NCBI GenBank assembly: GCA_038893355.1 | Contig: JAWARQ010000001.1 | Coordinates: 64,001-128,000 of the forward strand | Reading direction: 5' to 3' | Length of the DNA stretch: 64,000 nucleotides | Source: Sulfolobaceae archaeon | GTDB lineage: Archaea; Thermoproteota; Thermoprotei_A; Sulfolobales; Sulfolobaceae | In this document: piece after piece, positions 48,023-59,641 of the stretch | How the letters are laid out: every line of letters begins with the position of its first letter | Position numbering within the stretch: position 1 is the first letter of the stretch | Program-made: the position numbers and the translations under genes | Notes under the pieces: generated by a model | What the model saw: the letters and a program-made list of their open reading frames with translations, nothing else | Database searches by the model: none | What the model was told of the DNA's origin: nothing

Positions 48023-49052
48023 AACAATCTTAGAAAAATTAATAAATAGACAAAATTTAAGTGTAGAAGAAAGTGAAGAGATTGCAAGGGAAATAATACT
48101 TGGAAATCTACCCGAAACAATAGTTTCAGCAATCTTAGTCCTTTTAAGAGCTAAGAGAGAGACATCTGAAGAAATTGTGGGTTTTGCTCGAGCTCTAAGA
48201 AATTCTATGATCAGGGTCATTTTAGATAAACAGGCTATAGATACTGCAGGCACAGGTGGTGATGGTTATAATACCATAAATGTAAGTACAGTAGCTGCAT
48301 TACTTTTAAGTAAAGTTATTCCAGTTGCAAAACACGGAAATAGGGCAGTTTCAGGAATAAGCGGTAGTGCTGACTTTCTAGAAGGACTAGGTTATAATAT
48401 TTTAGTAAGACCAGAGGTTGCAAAGGAGCTTATCAATAAATGTAATTTTGTATTTTTATACGCACCGTTATATCATCCTGCAATGAAAAATGTAGCAAAC
48501 GTAAGGAAGCAGTTAGGTATAAAGACTATTTTTAATATACTTGGGCCTTTAAGCAATCCCGCAGAGGTAAAAGTTCAAATGAGCGGAGTTTTCTCATTAG
48601 AATACGCAGAAAAAATAAGTGAAGCTGCAAGGGAATTAGATTACGAAAGACTTTTAATATATCATGGAGAGCCTGGAATTGATGAAGTAAGTCCTATAGG
48701 AAATACTTACATATTTGAAATAAGAAAAAAGAAAGTTGAAAAATATTTAGTTAATGTAAAAGAATTTGGTATTGAGCCATTTCCTATACAGAAAGTAATT
48801 GTTAATTCCGTCGAAGAATCTATTATTAGAGTATTAAGGGCATCGCTAGGCAAAGATGATGAGGCAAGTAAATTTATATGTATAAATACTGCAATTGGGC
48901 TTTATTCTATTAATAAATGTAAAGAATTTAAAGATTGTTATGAATTATGTAATATATTGTTATCAGAATTAATAAATATAATAAGAAATATTATAAATTT
49001 AAACGGAGATTCTAATAAATTAAATAATTTATTGGTGAAAGTTAATGGTTAG
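48012..49052 (+). CDS. trpD: Anthranilate phosphoribosyltransferase
   Basis: DTAGTGGD, NVST, KHGN and GSAD. Confidence 0.96.
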   Translation: MSYKTILEKLINRQNLSVEESEEIAREIILGNLPETIVSAILVLLRAKRETSEEIVGFARALRNSMIRVILDKQAIDTAGTGGDGYNTINVSTVAALLLSKVIPVAKHGNRAVSGISGSADFLEGLGYNILVRPEVAKELINKCNFVFLYAPLYHPAMKNVANVRKQLGIKTIFNILGPLSNPAEVKVQMSGVFSLEYAEKISEAARELDYERLLIYHGEPGIDEVSPIGNTYIFEIRKKKVEKYLVNVKEFGIEPFPIQKVIVNSVEESIIRVLRASLGKDDEASKFICINTAIGLYSINKCKEFKDCYELCNILLSELINIIRNIINLNGDSNKLNNLLVKVNG

Positions 49053-49671
49053 ATTGAAAATATGCGGAAATTCTACGTTAAGTGATATAATTAATCTTGA
49101 TAAGTTTGAAGGGGTAGACTATATAGGAATAATCATTGAGGAGAATAGTCCAAGATTTACAAAGCCCGAATTTATTAATATAGTCAAAAAATTTATTAAA
49201 AAACCAATAGTAGCAGTAAAAGCTAAAGGTAATGTAGAAGAAATAATTAAGAAGGCTGAAGATGCAGATTATATTCAAATACATAGAGTTCTTCAAGATT
49301 ATGAGTTAGAACTTTTAAGTAGTTATTACTCTAACAAGAAAATCATACTTTATGTTCCTGCTGACATTTCATATAAAAATTATTTAAATAAAGTTATGAA
49401 ATTAGATTTTAAAATACTAATTGACGTATTAATTAAGGGTAGATCTATAGAAGTTTCCCAAATACGATCATTAGTTGGAGATAAGATTGCAGACGAAAGA
49501 GTAGGAGTAGCAGGTAAGATTGAGATTGAAAATATTGGCAAATTTCTTGAGTTAGAACCGGGATGGATAGATATATCTAGTAGTGTAGAAATCTACCCAG
49601 GTAAAAAGGATATTAATAAGATTAAAAAACTTATTGAGGTGATAAAAAATAGAAATTCATCCAATTTCTAA
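49045..49671 (+). CDS. trpF: Phosphoribosylanthranilate isomerase
   Basis: KICG, SPR, QIH and DISSSVE..PGKKD. Confidence 0.92.
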   Translation: MVRLKICGNSTLSDIINLDKFEGVDYIGIIIEENSPRFTKPEFINIVKKFIKKPIVAVKAKGNVEEIIKKAEDADYIQIHRVLQDYELELLSSYYSNKKIILYVPADISYKNYLNKVMKLDFKILIDVLIKGRSIEVSQIRSLVGDKIADERVGVAGKIEIENIGKFLELEPGWIDISSSVEIYPGKKDINKIKKLIEVIKNRNSSNF

Positions 49672-50953
49672 TTTTGCCCCACCTTACGAAGTTTTTAGAT
49701 GTATAGAGGAAAGAGAAAACATAGCAGCATTGTTGGAAAGTGGTGAGGGACCAGAACATATAACTAGATATAGTATTATAGCATGGGGAAGTAAAGAATA
49801 TATAAAGTTTAAGAATGGTAAAGCATATGGTTCTATTTTGGGTGAATTCGATGATCCTTTAATACCATTATTTAAATTATTGGAAAAAGCTCCATATGTT
49901 ACTTCTCTACCTGGAATATTTAGAGGTGGAATAATAGGTTACTTTTCATATGATATGGTAAGATATTGGGAAAGGTTACCAAATATTACAACTGATCTTG
50001 ACAATTGGCCTGATTTTGAATTCTTTATTCCACAGAATTTTATTATTTATGATCATGCAGAGGGTAAAGTATATACTTATGGTGAAATTCCTCAACTTTC
50101 TTCATGTAGAGAAATTGGTGATATTAAATCAAAATTAATTGAAGAATCTCTAAATAGGGAAGAATATGAGAAAGCAGTAGCTAATGCATTAGAGTATATT
50201 CGATCTGGATATATTTTTCAAGTAGTAATTTCTAGATTTTATAAATATGAAATTAATGGAGATCCAATGAAATTCTACTATAGATTAAGAAAGACAAATC
50301 CTTCACCTTATATGTTTTATTTAAAGTTTAATGAAAGAAGTCTTATTGGATCTAGTCCAGAAACTTTATTTAGAGTTAAAGGCTCTATTGTTGAAACATA
50401 CCCTATAGCAGGCACTAGACCAAGGGGACGGGATGTAGAAGAGGATCTTAAATTAGAGGCTGAGTTAATTAATTCAGAAAAGGATAAAGCAGAGCATTTA
50501 ATGTTAGTTGACTTAGCAAGAAATGATTTAGGTAAAGTATGTGTAGCAGGCTCTGTAAAGGTACCAGAATTAATGTATATTGAAAAATATAGCCATGTCC
50601 AACATCTAGTAAGTAAGGTAATAGGAATTTTAAGGAAGAATAGTAATGCATTTGATGTTCTAAAAGCAACTTTTCCTGCTGGAACAGTTTCTGGTGCACC
50701 TAAACCAATGGCGATGAAAATAATTGAAGAGTTTGAAAATTATAGACGTGGACCTTATGCAGGCGCAGTAGGGTTCTTCTCAAAAAATGGTGATTCTGAA
50801 TTTGCTATTTTAATCCGTAGTGGTTTTATAATTCATAATATACTCAGAATTCAAGCAGGTGCAGGAATTGTATACGATTCTGAACCTTATCTGGAATATC
50901 TTGAAACAGAGCATAAATTAAAAGCATTAAAGGTAGCATTAGGTGTTGAATAA
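49649..50953 (+). CDS. trpE: Anthranilate synthase component I (apparent ATA start)
   Basis: The conserved (M)[20 protein letters not shown]-terminus lies in frame upstream of the tracked [25 protein letters not shown] and [10 protein letters not shown] are present. Confidence 0.95.
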   Translation: MEIHPISNFAPPYEVFRCIEERENIAALLESGEGPEHITRYSIIAWGSKEYIKFKNGKAYGSILGEFDDPLIPLFKLLEKAPYVTSLPGIFRGGIIGYFSYDMVRYWERLPNITTDLDNWPDFEFFIPQNFIIYDHAEGKVYTYGEIPQLSSCREIGDIKSKLIEESLNREEYEKAVANALEYIRSGYIFQVVISRFYKYEINGDPMKFYYRLRKTNPSPYMFYLKFNERSLIGSSPETLFRVKGSIVETYPIAGTRPRGRDVEEDLKLEAELINSEKDKAEHLMLVDLARNDLGKVCVAGSVKVPELMYIEKYSHVQHLVSKVIGILRKNSNAFDVLKATFPAGTVSGAPKPMAMKIIEEFENYRRGPYAGAVGFFSKNGDSEFAILIRSGFIIHNILRIQAGAGIVYDSEPYLEYLETEHKLKALKVALGVE

Positions 50954-51534
50954 TGGATTTAACTCTAGTAATAGATAATTATGATAGTTTTGTATATAAT
51001 ATAGTTCAATATGTAGCTGAGCTGGGGTCTAGACCAATAGTTATTAGGAACGATGAAATTTCATTAAGCGGTGTTGAAAGGATTGAACCAGATAGAATTA
51101 TAATTTCTCCAGGTCCAGGAACTCCAGAGAAGAAGGAGGATATTGGGATAGTAATTGATGTTATAAGAAAGCTTGGTAAAAGGATTCCGATTCTTGGAAT
51201 ATGTTTAGGTCATCAGGCGATAGGTTATGCTTATGGTGCTAGAATAAGAAGGGCTAAAAAAATATATCATGGCAAAATTAGTAAAATAAAACATTTTCAA
51301 AATTCTGTATTATTTACTGAAATACCAGAGATATTTGAGGCAACGCGTTATCATAGTTTAGTTATAGATAATCCTACTGAATTGTTAAAAATTACTGCAA
51401 TATCTTTAGAGGATAATGAAATAATGGGAATAGAACATAGAGAATATAAAATCTTTGGCGTCCAGTTTCATCCAGAAAGTATAGGAACCTCAGTTGGTTA
51501 TAAAATATTTTACAACTTTTTTAATAGAGTATAA
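50953..51534 (+). CDS. trpG: Anthranilate synthase component II
   Basis: DNYDSF, SPGPG, GICLGHQ and QFHPES. Confidence 0.95.
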   Translation: MDLTLVIDNYDSFVYNIVQYVAELGSRPIVIRNDEISLSGVERIEPDRIIISPGPGTPEKKEDIGIVIDVIRKLGKRIPILGICLGHQAIGYAYGARIRRAKKIYHGKISKIKHFQNSVLFTEIPEIFEATRYHSLVIDNPTELLKITAISLEDNEIMGIEHREYKIFGVQFHPESIGTSVGYKIFYNFFNRV

Positions 51535-51535
51535 T

Positions 51536-52288
51536 ATGCCTAGATATCTTAAAGGTTGGCTAAGAGACGTAGTTGAAAATGCAATTAATAGAGAATATAT
51601 TTCTAAGACTAGGGAGAGACCAATTTTTTCTCTATCATGGAGCATTAAAAAAAGGGTTAACGAGGGAAAAACTGCAGTTATAGCAGAGTATAAGAAAAAA
51701 TCACCTTCATCAGGTCAGATATCTAATATAGATCCTATAGAATATGTGAAATTTATGGAAAAGGCAGGAGTTGCTGGAATAAGTGTTGTAACCGAGCCAA
51801 AATATTTTGGTGGTTCTTATTATGTATTTGAAAGTATATCAAAAATAGTAAATATACCAATATTATTTAAAGATTTTATAGTCACAGAAAAGCAGATAGA
51901 TACTGCATATAACCTAGGAGCGGATGCTGTACTTCTAATAGTCAAGATACTTACAGAGAGAGAATTATTTAATTTAATTGAATATTGTAAAACTTATAAG
52001 ATCGAAACAATTGTAGAAATTAGTAATAAAGAAGAGCTCGAAATAGCACTTTCAGCAGGTGCTAAAATAATTGGGGTAAATGCTAGAAATTTAGAGACAT
52101 TTGAAATTAATATAAATAAAGTAAAGGAAATTTTAAGTGAAATACCTAAAGATGTGATAAAAATAGCAGAAAGCGGAATAACTTCACGTGAAGAAATAGA
52201 AGAATTAAGAAAAGCAGGGGCTGACGCCTTTCTTATAGGTACATCTTTACTCAGAGAACCTAAAAAAATAAAAGAGTTTATTAGTTGA
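51536..52288 (+). CDS. trpC: Indole-3-glycerol-phosphate synthase
   Basis: MPRYLKGWL, IAEYK.KSPS, KDFI and AESGI. Confidence 0.96.
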   Translation: MPRYLKGWLRDVVENAINREYISKTRERPIFSLSWSIKKRVNEGKTAVIAEYKKKSPSSGQISNIDPIEYVKFMEKAGVAGISVVTEPKYFGGSYYVFESISKIVNIPILFKDFIVTEKQIDTAYNLGADAVLLIVKILTERELFNLIEYCKTYKIETIVEISNKEELEIALSAGAKIIGVNARNLETFEININKVKEILSEIPKDVIKIAESGITSREEIEELRKAGADAFLIGTSLLREPKKIKEFIS

Positions 52289-52298
52289 ATAAATTGGT

Positions 52299-53501
52299 AT
52301 GAAACCAATTCAGAGAGTAAATAAGAGCTTTAATCAGTTAACTGGAGAAAGTACTTTACTTTACAACGAGATAGCAAGAGAAGTAAGTAAAAGTAAAGGT
52401 TTAAAAATAATTAATTTCGGAATCGGTCAGCCTGATATTCCAACTTTTGTGAGAATAAGAGAAGCTGCAAAAAAGGCTTTAGATGAAGGTTTTACTGGCT
52501 ATACTTCTGCCTATGGTATAGAAGAGTTAAGATATAAGATAGCTGAATATATTACATCTCGAACTGATCAGAAAATATCTAAGGACGAAGTAATAATTAC
52601 TGCAGGTGCGAAGACAGCACTGTTTATGACCTTTCAACTTTATATAGAACCAGGTGATGAGGTAATTCTCTTTGATCCCACATTTTACTCTTATGCAGAA
52701 GTTGTTAAGTTATTAGGTGGAATTCCAGTATATTCTAAACTTCGTTGGGGAGAAGATGGTTTCCATATAGACTTTGATGATCTATCAAGTAAGATCTCTA
52801 ATAAGACGAAAATGATTGTTTACAATAATCCACACAATCCTACTGGTTCTGTATTTAGTAAGTCAGAAACTAGAAACTTAGTAGAATTATGTAGAGAGAA
52901 GGGTATAATTTTAGTTTCTGACGAGATATATGATCATTTTGTATATGATACAGATTTTTATAGTGTTCTAAATGAAAGTGATTGGAGAGATTTTATAATT
53001 TATATTAACGGATTTAGTAAAACTTTTTCAATGACTGGATGGAGATTAGGATTTATAATTGCATCGAGCGATGTAATAAAAAAATTAGGAGTATTAGCTG
53101 CAAATATTTATACTTCACCAGTCAGCTTTGTACAAAAAGGTGCTTTAGAAGCCTTCTTCTCTATTGAGGAAGTAAAAAATATGATAAGGTTATTTAGAGA
53201 GAGAAGAGATATTATGTATAATGAATTAAGTAAGATTAATGGTATAAAGGTAAGTAAGCCGAATGGGACTTTTTATATGTTTCCTAATATCTCTAAGGTT
53301 CTAGAAGCTGCATCTCTTTCATCATCTAAAGAATTTTCAATAAAACTTATTGAAAGTAAAGGTGTTATAACAATACCGGGTGAAGTTTTTCCTTTAGATG
53401 TAGGTAAAGTTTTCATTAGATTAAGTTATGCAGTGGATAAATCTACAATAATTGAGGGAGTATCTAAAATTAGAGAGTTTATTGAAGAGATTACTCAGTA
53501 A
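52299..53501 (+). CDS. aspC: Aspartate aminotransferase (class I PLP)
   Basis: [13 protein letters not shown] and [13 protein letters not shown]. Confidence 0.88.
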   Translation: MKPIQRVNKSFNQLTGESTLLYNEIAREVSKSKGLKIINFGIGQPDIPTFVRIREAAKKALDEGFTGYTSAYGIEELRYKIAEYITSRTDQKISKDEVIITAGAKTALFMTFQLYIEPGDEVILFDPTFYSYAEVVKLLGGIPVYSKLRWGEDGFHIDFDDLSSKISNKTKMIVYNNPHNPTGSVFSKSETRNLVELCREKGIILVSDEIYDHFVYDTDFYSVLNESDWRDFIIYINGFSKTFSMTGWRLGFIIASSDVIKKLGVLAANIYTSPVSFVQKGALEAFFSIEEVKNMIRLFRERRDIMYNELSKINGIKVSKPNGTFYMFPNISKVLEAASLSSSKEFSIKLIESKGVITIPGEVFPLDVGKVFIRLSYAVDKSTIIEGVSKIREFIEEITQ

Positions 53502-55935
53502 AAACTGAAAGTTCTATCTTTAATTCATTGGATTCATGAATTTCTAAATTTACTATCTTATGAGTTTTCATTAGATCATCTTTTACTTTCATTATATTTC
53601 TTATAAAATCTTTAGTTGCAAATAATTTTATATTAACTTTTGTATTCATAGATAATTTATTCTTTATCTTTTCAGTTCTAATTATAGAATTGAATTTAAT
53701 AATACTATCTCCTAATTTAAGAGATTCTTCATCATCTTCAATATCATCAAATGTAGGAAATGTCTCTAGGAGTACACTTATTTTGTCACCAAATAATCTA
53801 GAATAAATTTCCTCGGTAATATGCGGGGCTATGGGATGGAGTACTACTATTATATCCTTTAAAATTCTCGAAAAAGTATAATATACTGATTGATCCTCGT
53901 TAAACAATCTATGTTTAATTAATTCCACATATTCATCTGCTATTTTTTCCCAGAAGTAATTATATAATTGTTCAATTACAATATGAAATTCAAAATTATC
54001 ATACGCATCTTTAACCGTCTTTAAGAATTTCTTATGCTCTTGTAATATCCACCTATCAATAGGATGTAAAATACTTGGCTTACTAACTTTTTTACCATAG
54101 ATGAAAGGATATGCCAATCTACATACGTTCCATATCTTCTGTAATAATAGTTTCTTGCTTCTTACTACTTCCCATCTAAATGGAAAATCTTCGCCTACTG
54201 AAGAACTCAATAATGCCATTCTAATTGCGTCTGCTCCATATTCGTCTATTTTATCCATTGGTGAAACCACATTACCCTTACTTTTGCTCATTCTAGTACC
54301 ATCTGGTCCAAGAACTTGTCCATTAACTAGAACTTCCTTAAATGGTATATTGCCAGCTAACATTAAAGTTCTAAAGAATGTGTAGAATAACCATGTTCTT
54401 ATTATATCAGTTCCCTGTAACCTTAATGAAGCTGGAAATAGCATCTCATGCCTTTGCTTATTCTCATAAAATCCAGTTAGATATAGTACTGTTACACTTG
54501 AATCTATCCATACATCAGCTACGTCAGTTACTGGTTTTAGAGAAAGACCACAATATGGACATTTCTCTGTAGGTGGTTTATCCTTTGTAGGATCTACTGG
54601 TAGGTTCTCCTCATTTGCAGGAACTAAATGATTGTTATCACAGTACCAAAATGGTAGTGGAGTTCCATAAACTCTTTGTCTTGAGATATTCCAATCCCAC
54701 TCTAATGCTCTTATCCATTCCTCTAAGTAGTACGACATTCTAGGTGGATAAAATTTCATCTTTTTATATTCTTCAAGTAACTTATCCTTATAGTCTAAGA
54801 CCTTTATATATAATTGCCTCTTAACTAGGAACTCTATTGGTGATAAACAGTCACTTCTCTCAGTATGAGAAAGTACATTATGTGTTATATTTTCTACCTT
54901 TATTAAATATCCTTTTTCTCTTAATAATTCTAGCATTCTTTTCCTAGCCTCTTCAATTGTTAAGCCATCTAAGATGCCATTAGTATTTTTCATTTTTCCT
55001 TTTTCATCTATTACTTCAGTTATTGGTAATCTATATTTTAGTTGCCATTTAACGTCTTGTACATCACCATATGTACATATCATTACAGCACCAGTTCCAA
55101 AATTTATATCTACTTTTTCATCTTGCAATATTTCAATTTCTTTATTAAATAAAGGAACTATAACTTTTTTGCCTACATATTTTTTATATCTTTCATCATT
55201 AGGATTTACTGCTATAGCTTGTATTGCGGGTATTAGTTCTGGTCTAGTGGTAGCTATAACTATATATTCATTCAAATCTTTTATAGGGAATTTTATATAG
55301 GCTAATATTCCCTTCTTCTCTATATAACCAACCTCGCTTTGTGCTAGGGCAGTTTCACATTTAGGGCACCAATAAACCGGACCTTCTCTCATTTCTATTA
55401 ATCCCATTTTAAACATATGAATTAGACTCTTTTGTATAATTTTTCGATAGGATGGTTCATACGTTCTATATTCAAACCTTTCCCACTCTGGCCTATAACC
55501 TAACCTTATCATTGCAGATTTCATTTTTGTTATCATTTCTTCAGTCCATTCTCTACATTTTTGTAAGAAAAGTTCTCTATTTTCCTTAGGTATTCTAAGC
55601 CTATATTGAACCTTTAGCTCCGTAGGTAAACCTTGAGTATCCCACCCTTGGGGAAGTAGAACATTATATCCTTCTAACCTTTTCAATCTACCAATGGTAT
55701 CAGCTAATGTTACCCAATAAGCATGTCCCATATGTAGCTCTCCACTTGTAAATGGAGGCGGTGTATCAATTACATATATTGGCTTCTTTCCGATTTCCTC
55801 TTCTTTAAACTTAAATACTTTTTCCCAATATTCCTTACTTAACCATATTTTTTGCCATTTTTCTTCAATTAATTTCGGATCATAATGTTTAGGCCATTCA
55901 TTCATTTTAGCTTCTATAACCGACTGATCTAACAA
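53491..55935 (-). CDS. valS: Valyl-tRNA synthetase
   Basis: [19 protein letters not shown] and RMSKSKGN. Confidence 0.95.
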   Translation of the reverse strand: MLDQSVIEAKMNEWPKHYDPKLIEEKWQKIWLSKEYWEKVFKFKEEEIGKKPIYVIDTPPPFTSGELHMGHAYWVTLADTIGRLKRLEGYNVLLPQGWDTQGLPTELKVQYRLRIPKENRELFLQKCREWTEEMITKMKSAMIRLGYRPEWERFEYRTYEPSYRKIIQKSLIHMFKMGLIEMREGPVYWCPKCETALAQSEVGYIEKKGILAYIKFPIKDLNEYIVIATTRPELIPAIQAIAVNPNDERYKKYVGKKVIVPLFNKEIEILQDEKVDINFGTGAVMICTYGDVQDVKWQLKYRLPITEVIDEKGKMKNTNGILDGLTIEEARKRMLELLREKGYLIKVENITHNVLSHTERSDCLSPIEFLVKRQLYIKVLDYKDKLLEEYKKMKFYPPRMSYYLEEWIRALEWDWNISRQRVYGTPLPFWYCDNNHLVPANEENLPVDPTKDKPPTEKCPYCGLSLKPVTDVADVWIDSSVTVLYLTGFYENKQRHEMLFPASLRLQGTDIIRTWLFYTFFRTLMLAGNIPFKEVLVNGQVLGPDGTRMSKSKGNVVSPMDKIDEYGADAIRMALLSSSVGEDFPFRWEVVRSKKLLLQKIWNVCRLAYPFIYGKKVSKPSILHPIDRWILQEHKKFLKTVKDAYDNFEFHIVIEQLYNYFWEKIADEYVELIKHRLFNEDQSVYYTFSRILKDIIVVLHPIAPHITEEIYSRLFGDKISVLLETFPTFDDIEDDEESLKLGDSIIKFNSIIRTEKIKNKLSMNTKVNIKLFATKDFIRNIMKVKDDLMKTHKIVNLEIHESNELKIELSVFTE

Positions 55936-56000
55936 TAACGCATCACCAAATTATATTCAAATATCTAACAAGGTTTTTATAAACATTATACTACTAAATT

Positions 56001-57023
56001 ATGAAGTTGAAGGTAAAGATTATAGGTGCAGGCGTAGCGGGTTCTTTATTAGCTTATATGCTAAATAATATGAGAGGAATAGAGGTTGAGTTATTGGATC
56101 TTAAGCCTTCATATTTTAAACCTTGCGGTGATGTTGTACCGAATATCTACTCACCCCCAGTAGAATGGAAGATTAAGTATAGAATAAGAAAATTTAAATT
56201 TTATATCGATGGTAAGGAAATCTATGATATTGAATATAAAAATACAAAGTGGGTAGTAATAGATAAGTGGGAATGGATAAATAGAATGAGAAGTAAAATT
56301 AAGAATTTTAAGAATTCAATATTTTCTAATAATTTTTCATATATAAATAATAAAAACAAGGATGAAAGTTTGATAGTTTATTCTATAGGGCCTTATTTTT
56401 TAGATAGAGAGGTTGTATATACTACTCGTGCACTAGTAAAATCAGAAAACTTTAGTGATGAAGCTATAATAGAATTTGATACTTCAAAGGTTGGATTTTA
56501 TTGGATTTTCCCTGAGGAAGAAGGAGTTTATAATATAGGCGCAGGTTTTATTGAAGATAAAAACTCAAAAGAAATTTTATTAAAATATTTAAAAGAAAAA
56601 CTCAAAAGAAATTTTATTATACTAGATGTTCGTGGTGCACCAATCTCAATAGGTGATGTAAGGAGCAAGAATTACAGAATAGGCGAAGCAAGAGGCTTAG
56701 TTTTTCCTCTAAGTGGTGAGGGAATCAGACCTTCTGCAATTTCTGCAGAGGTAGCTTTTAATGCTATAACTAAAAATAAAAATCTTGATGAATACTTAAA
56801 TAATAATCTGAAAAGTATTGAGTATAAAATTAGAATCCAAAGATTTTTATTAAATTTATATAAAAATTCAAATATTAGTTTACGTAAAAATTTATTAAAT
56901 ATATTCTTTAAAAATGAGATTTTAATTGACGCTTATTTAGAAGATAAGCTGGATGTTGAAGGTATAGTAGATTCTATAAGGAAAATTAGAGGTGGGGAGT
57001 ATTTACTCCGATACAATAAATAA
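56001..57023 (+). CDS. Geranylgeranyl-reductase-family FAD-dependent oxidoreductase
   Basis: [19 protein letters not shown] and GEARG..PLSGEGI. Confidence 0.8.
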   Translation: MKLKVKIIGAGVAGSLLAYMLNNMRGIEVELLDLKPSYFKPCGDVVPNIYSPPVEWKIKYRIRKFKFYIDGKEIYDIEYKNTKWVVIDKWEWINRMRSKIKNFKNSIFSNNFSYINNKNKDESLIVYSIGPYFLDREVVYTTRALVKSENFSDEAIIEFDTSKVGFYWIFPEEEGVYNIGAGFIEDKNSKEILLKYLKEKLKRNFIILDVRGAPISIGDVRSKNYRIGEARGLVFPLSGEGIRPSAISAEVAFNAITKNKNLDEYLNNNLKSIEYKIRIQRFLLNLYKNSNISLRKNLLNIFFKNEILIDAYLEDKLDVEGIVDSIRKIRGGEYLLRYNK

Positions 57024-57429
57024 TAATGATGATATTATACTTAATATCGAAAATAGTAAGAGTAAAACTTCAAAGCATGCAATTAGGACATTACTATTTA
57101 GAGTAATTGATAGTAAGAATTGTAGTTTTGAACAAGTAGAGAAATTCAATATTGTAAGTAGACTTAAGCCAACGTATTCGATAGGTGAATCAATAAATAT
57201 AACTTTAGATAAAAATAATTTATATATTTATTTAAGATTTATTAAGAATATAAAGAATAAAGTATATGGTCAAATTATTGTTATAGATCAAGGTAAAATT
57301 GTCTTGCAGTTAAAATATAGAAAATTAAAGATAAAAAGAATATCTGGTGATGCGAGATATTATGAGGAATGTGTTAAAAATGTCCTATACTCTCTTAAAA
57401 TACCAATAAAAAGAGTTAATTTAAAGTAG
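56992..57429 (+). CDS. Hypothetical protein
   Basis: 145-aa ORF coupled to the upstream gene, with a [12 protein letters not shown] motif. Confidence 0.6.
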   Translation: MGSIYSDTINNNDDIILNIENSKSKTSKHAIRTLLFRVIDSKNCSFEQVEKFNIVSRLKPTYSIGESINITLDKNNLYIYLRFIKNIKNKVYGQIIVIDQGKIVLQLKYRKLKIKRISGDARYYEECVKNVLYSLKIPIKRVNLK

Positions 57430-57439
57430 GTGATATAAG

Positions 57440-57781
57440 ATGTTTACAAAGGACTTTATAATTATAAGTGACGATCTATCAAAGTTGAGAGAATTTATCA
57501 TGAAAATTGATGAACAGTTATCTGAAATTTGTAAAGTAGAGAAGATAGGAGCATCATATCTCTGTGCACCTGACAATTCTTCTCTAATTAGTATTTATAT
57601 AGAGAGATTAGATTTTAAGAATCTATTTTTGGAGAGTATTGATGTAAGGAATAATATAAGTATAAGAATAAGAATAGAATCAGAGAACTCGACTACTTTA
57701 GTTAATATTGCATCACGTTTGAATAAAAAAATAAGGGATTTAGGATTTCACATGACCATTTTTACTGCTTCTAAAATTTGA
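57440..57781 (+). CDS. Hypothetical protein
   Basis: 113-aa ORF with AGGTGA SD. Confidence 0.65.
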   Translation: MFTKDFIIISDDLSKLREFIMKIDEQLSEICKVEKIGASYLCAPDNSSLISIYIERLDFKNLFLESIDVRNNISIRIRIESENSTTLVNIASRLNKKIRDLGFHMTIFTASKI

Positions 57782-58044
57782 TTGTAATATTTGATTATGA
57801 TTTCTTTATTTAAATTCTCTCCTTTTATTAATATTCCACATATATAATTCTTAATTCTAGTCCTACATAATTGTATTTTTATAATTTCTATATTATTATT
57901 TATATGTATTTTTATATCTTTGTATTCTACTTTTCTAGATAATGTTATATTTACAGGTATATCAACATCTAAATATACTATTTTACTATTTATTATAACT
58001 ATAAACCTATTATTATATAAAAATCTTTCAATATTTTCTTTCAT
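57748..58044 (-). CDS. Hypothetical protein
   Basis: 98-aa ORF coupled (ATGA overlap) to the upstream Zn-finger ORF. Confidence 0.5.
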   Translation of the reverse strand: MKENIERFLYNNRFIVIINSKIVYLDVDIPVNITLSRKVEYKDIKIHINNNIEIIKIQLCRTRIKNYICGILIKGENLNKEIIIKYYNQILEAVKMVM

Positions 58045-58274
58045 ATTACAGGTACCAATTCAGTTAAGCAATATGGACACTTTCCCTTTAGTCCTCTCTT
58101 ATCTGCTTCACAGAAATAGGCATTATATCTTTTTTCACATTTAGGACATTTATATACGATATCTGAGTCGATTCTCAATTTTCTATTACATATTCTACAA
58201 TATACTGTAAACCATCCACTATGGCCATAAGCGTTAGAGCCTTTAATTTTTATACTCATAAGAATGGTTAGCAT
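58041..58274 (-). CDS. Small Cys-rich Zn-finger protein
   Basis: CRIC, CPKC, C..D and CPYC motifs. Confidence 0.7.
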   Translation of the reverse strand: MLTILMSIKIKGSNAYGHSGWFTVYCRICNRKLRIDSDIVYKCPKCEKRYNAYFCEADKRGLKGKCPYCLTELVPVI

Positions 58275-58363
58275 TATTTAGTAATATATAACTAACTCTG
58301 AATGTTGTTTTGTTAAGAATTTGTTGGAGAAGAATTTATTTATGTTGTACACATTAGTACTCT

Positions 58364-58906
58364 GTGGAAGGTAAAAATTTAGAGTATATCTATAGTGAAA
58401 TTTTGGAAATTTCTGGTATTCATCTTATTACCGCAAATAGAATCGAAAGATTAAATTCGTTTAATTCTTCTATTTTAAATAATTTTGAAGAGATTTTTGA
58501 AAAAGATAAAATTGTTAAAATTGTTAACTCTAACGAAACTTATTTAAATTTCTCTAAACTATTTGAAGATTTTTTTATCTTTCCAAAACCTATAGAAGTT
58601 AAAAGAATACTAATTCCAGATAAATTTGAAAATGAAAGTGCTAAGCTAGTTGAGGTGGGTAAAGGTAGTTATATAGTTTTCGGTGTTAAGTTTCCTAATA
58701 CAATACCATTTATAGTTCTTGAGACTAATGATGGTACTAAAATAATATCTAAAGATGATATATTTATAATAAATAAAAAACGACATCATGAAGATGATAA
58801 AGGAAAAAGTAAAAGGAGTAGGAGGTCAAAAGGTAAAAGGAAGAGCAAATCTAAGAAGTCTACTAAGAGACAAAAGTCTAAGAGCAAGAATATTAGAAAG
58901 AGTTGA
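58364..58906 (+). CDS. Hypothetical protein with Lys/Arg/Ser-rich tail overlapping ogg
   Basis: 180-aa ORF whose tail is encoded in an alternative frame of the ogg 5' end. Confidence 0.65.
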   Translation: MEGKNLEYIYSEILEISGIHLITANRIERLNSFNSSILNNFEEIFEKDKIVKIVNSNETYLNFSKLFEDFFIFPKPIEVKRILIPDKFENESAKLVEVGKGSYIVFGVKFPNTIPFIVLETNDGTKIISKDDIFIINKKRHHEDDKGKSKRSRRSKGKRKSKSKKSTKRQKSKSKNIRKS

Positions 58907-59465
58907 AGAATTTATTTTAAATAGAAATGCTGGAAAGGAAGTATGGTTTAGGGAGTTAATACTATGCATCTTAACTAGTAACTCATCCTTTATCTCAGCA
59001 TATATTGCACTTACGAACTTAATAAATTATCTGATGGATTCTGATGAGAAGAAGATATCAGAAATTCTCAGAAAGAGTGGTTATAGATTCTATAATATAA
59101 AAGCTAAGTATATTGTTGAGGCAAGGAAATTTTATGATAAGTTAAACGTAATAAAAGATATTGCAGAAAAGAATGTATTCGAGGCTAGAGAGTACTTAGT
59201 AAATAATATATTAGGATTGGGAATGAAAGAGAGTAGCCATTTTTTGAGAAACGTAGGATATTTCAATTTAGCAATAATCGATAGGCATGTTCTTCAATTT
59301 CTGAGGGAGAATAATATAATTACTGACGATCTAAAGCACTTATCTAAGACGAGATATATAATATTAGAGGGAGTTTTAAGATCGATAGCTAAAAGGTTTG
59401 GATACGAAGTAGGCGTTTTTGATCTATTCATATGGTATTATACTACGAATACTATATTGAAGTAA
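58788..59465 (+). CDS. ogg: 8-oxoguanine DNA glycosylase/AP lyase
   Basis: ELILCILT, GYRF, HhH GLGMKESSHFLRN, AIIDRH and C-terminal LK. The start is uncertain. Confidence 0.93.
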   Translation: MKMIKEKVKGVGGQKVKGRANLRSLLRDKSLRARILERVEEFILNRNAGKEVWFRELILCILTSNSSFISAYIALTNLINYLMDSDEKKISEILRKSGYRFYNIKAKYIVEARKFYDKLNVIKDIAEKNVFEAREYLVNNILGLGMKESSHFLRNVGYFNLAIIDRHVLQFLRENNIITDDLKHLSKTRYIILEGVLRSIAKRFGYEVGVFDLFIWYYTTNTILK

Positions 59466-59641
59466 AATATATATACTAGTTTTGTGAGAAAGCTATGACT
59501 CATATGAATTTAAGGTATGTACTAAATTTTGTGATAAGTAAGGAAGAAAAAATTATGTTAGTTAATACTATTTCTACTACTTCTTTTCTTTCATTTTCAT
59601 CATCATCATGTTAACTTAATTATATTCTAAAAGGTGAGAAA

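Noticed and set aside
49644-49652. Slippery heptamer A AAA AAT at the trpF/trpE junction
   Set aside because: A -1 shift from trpF meets TAG immediately. trpE is in the +1 frame, so the heptamer does not explain trpE expression.
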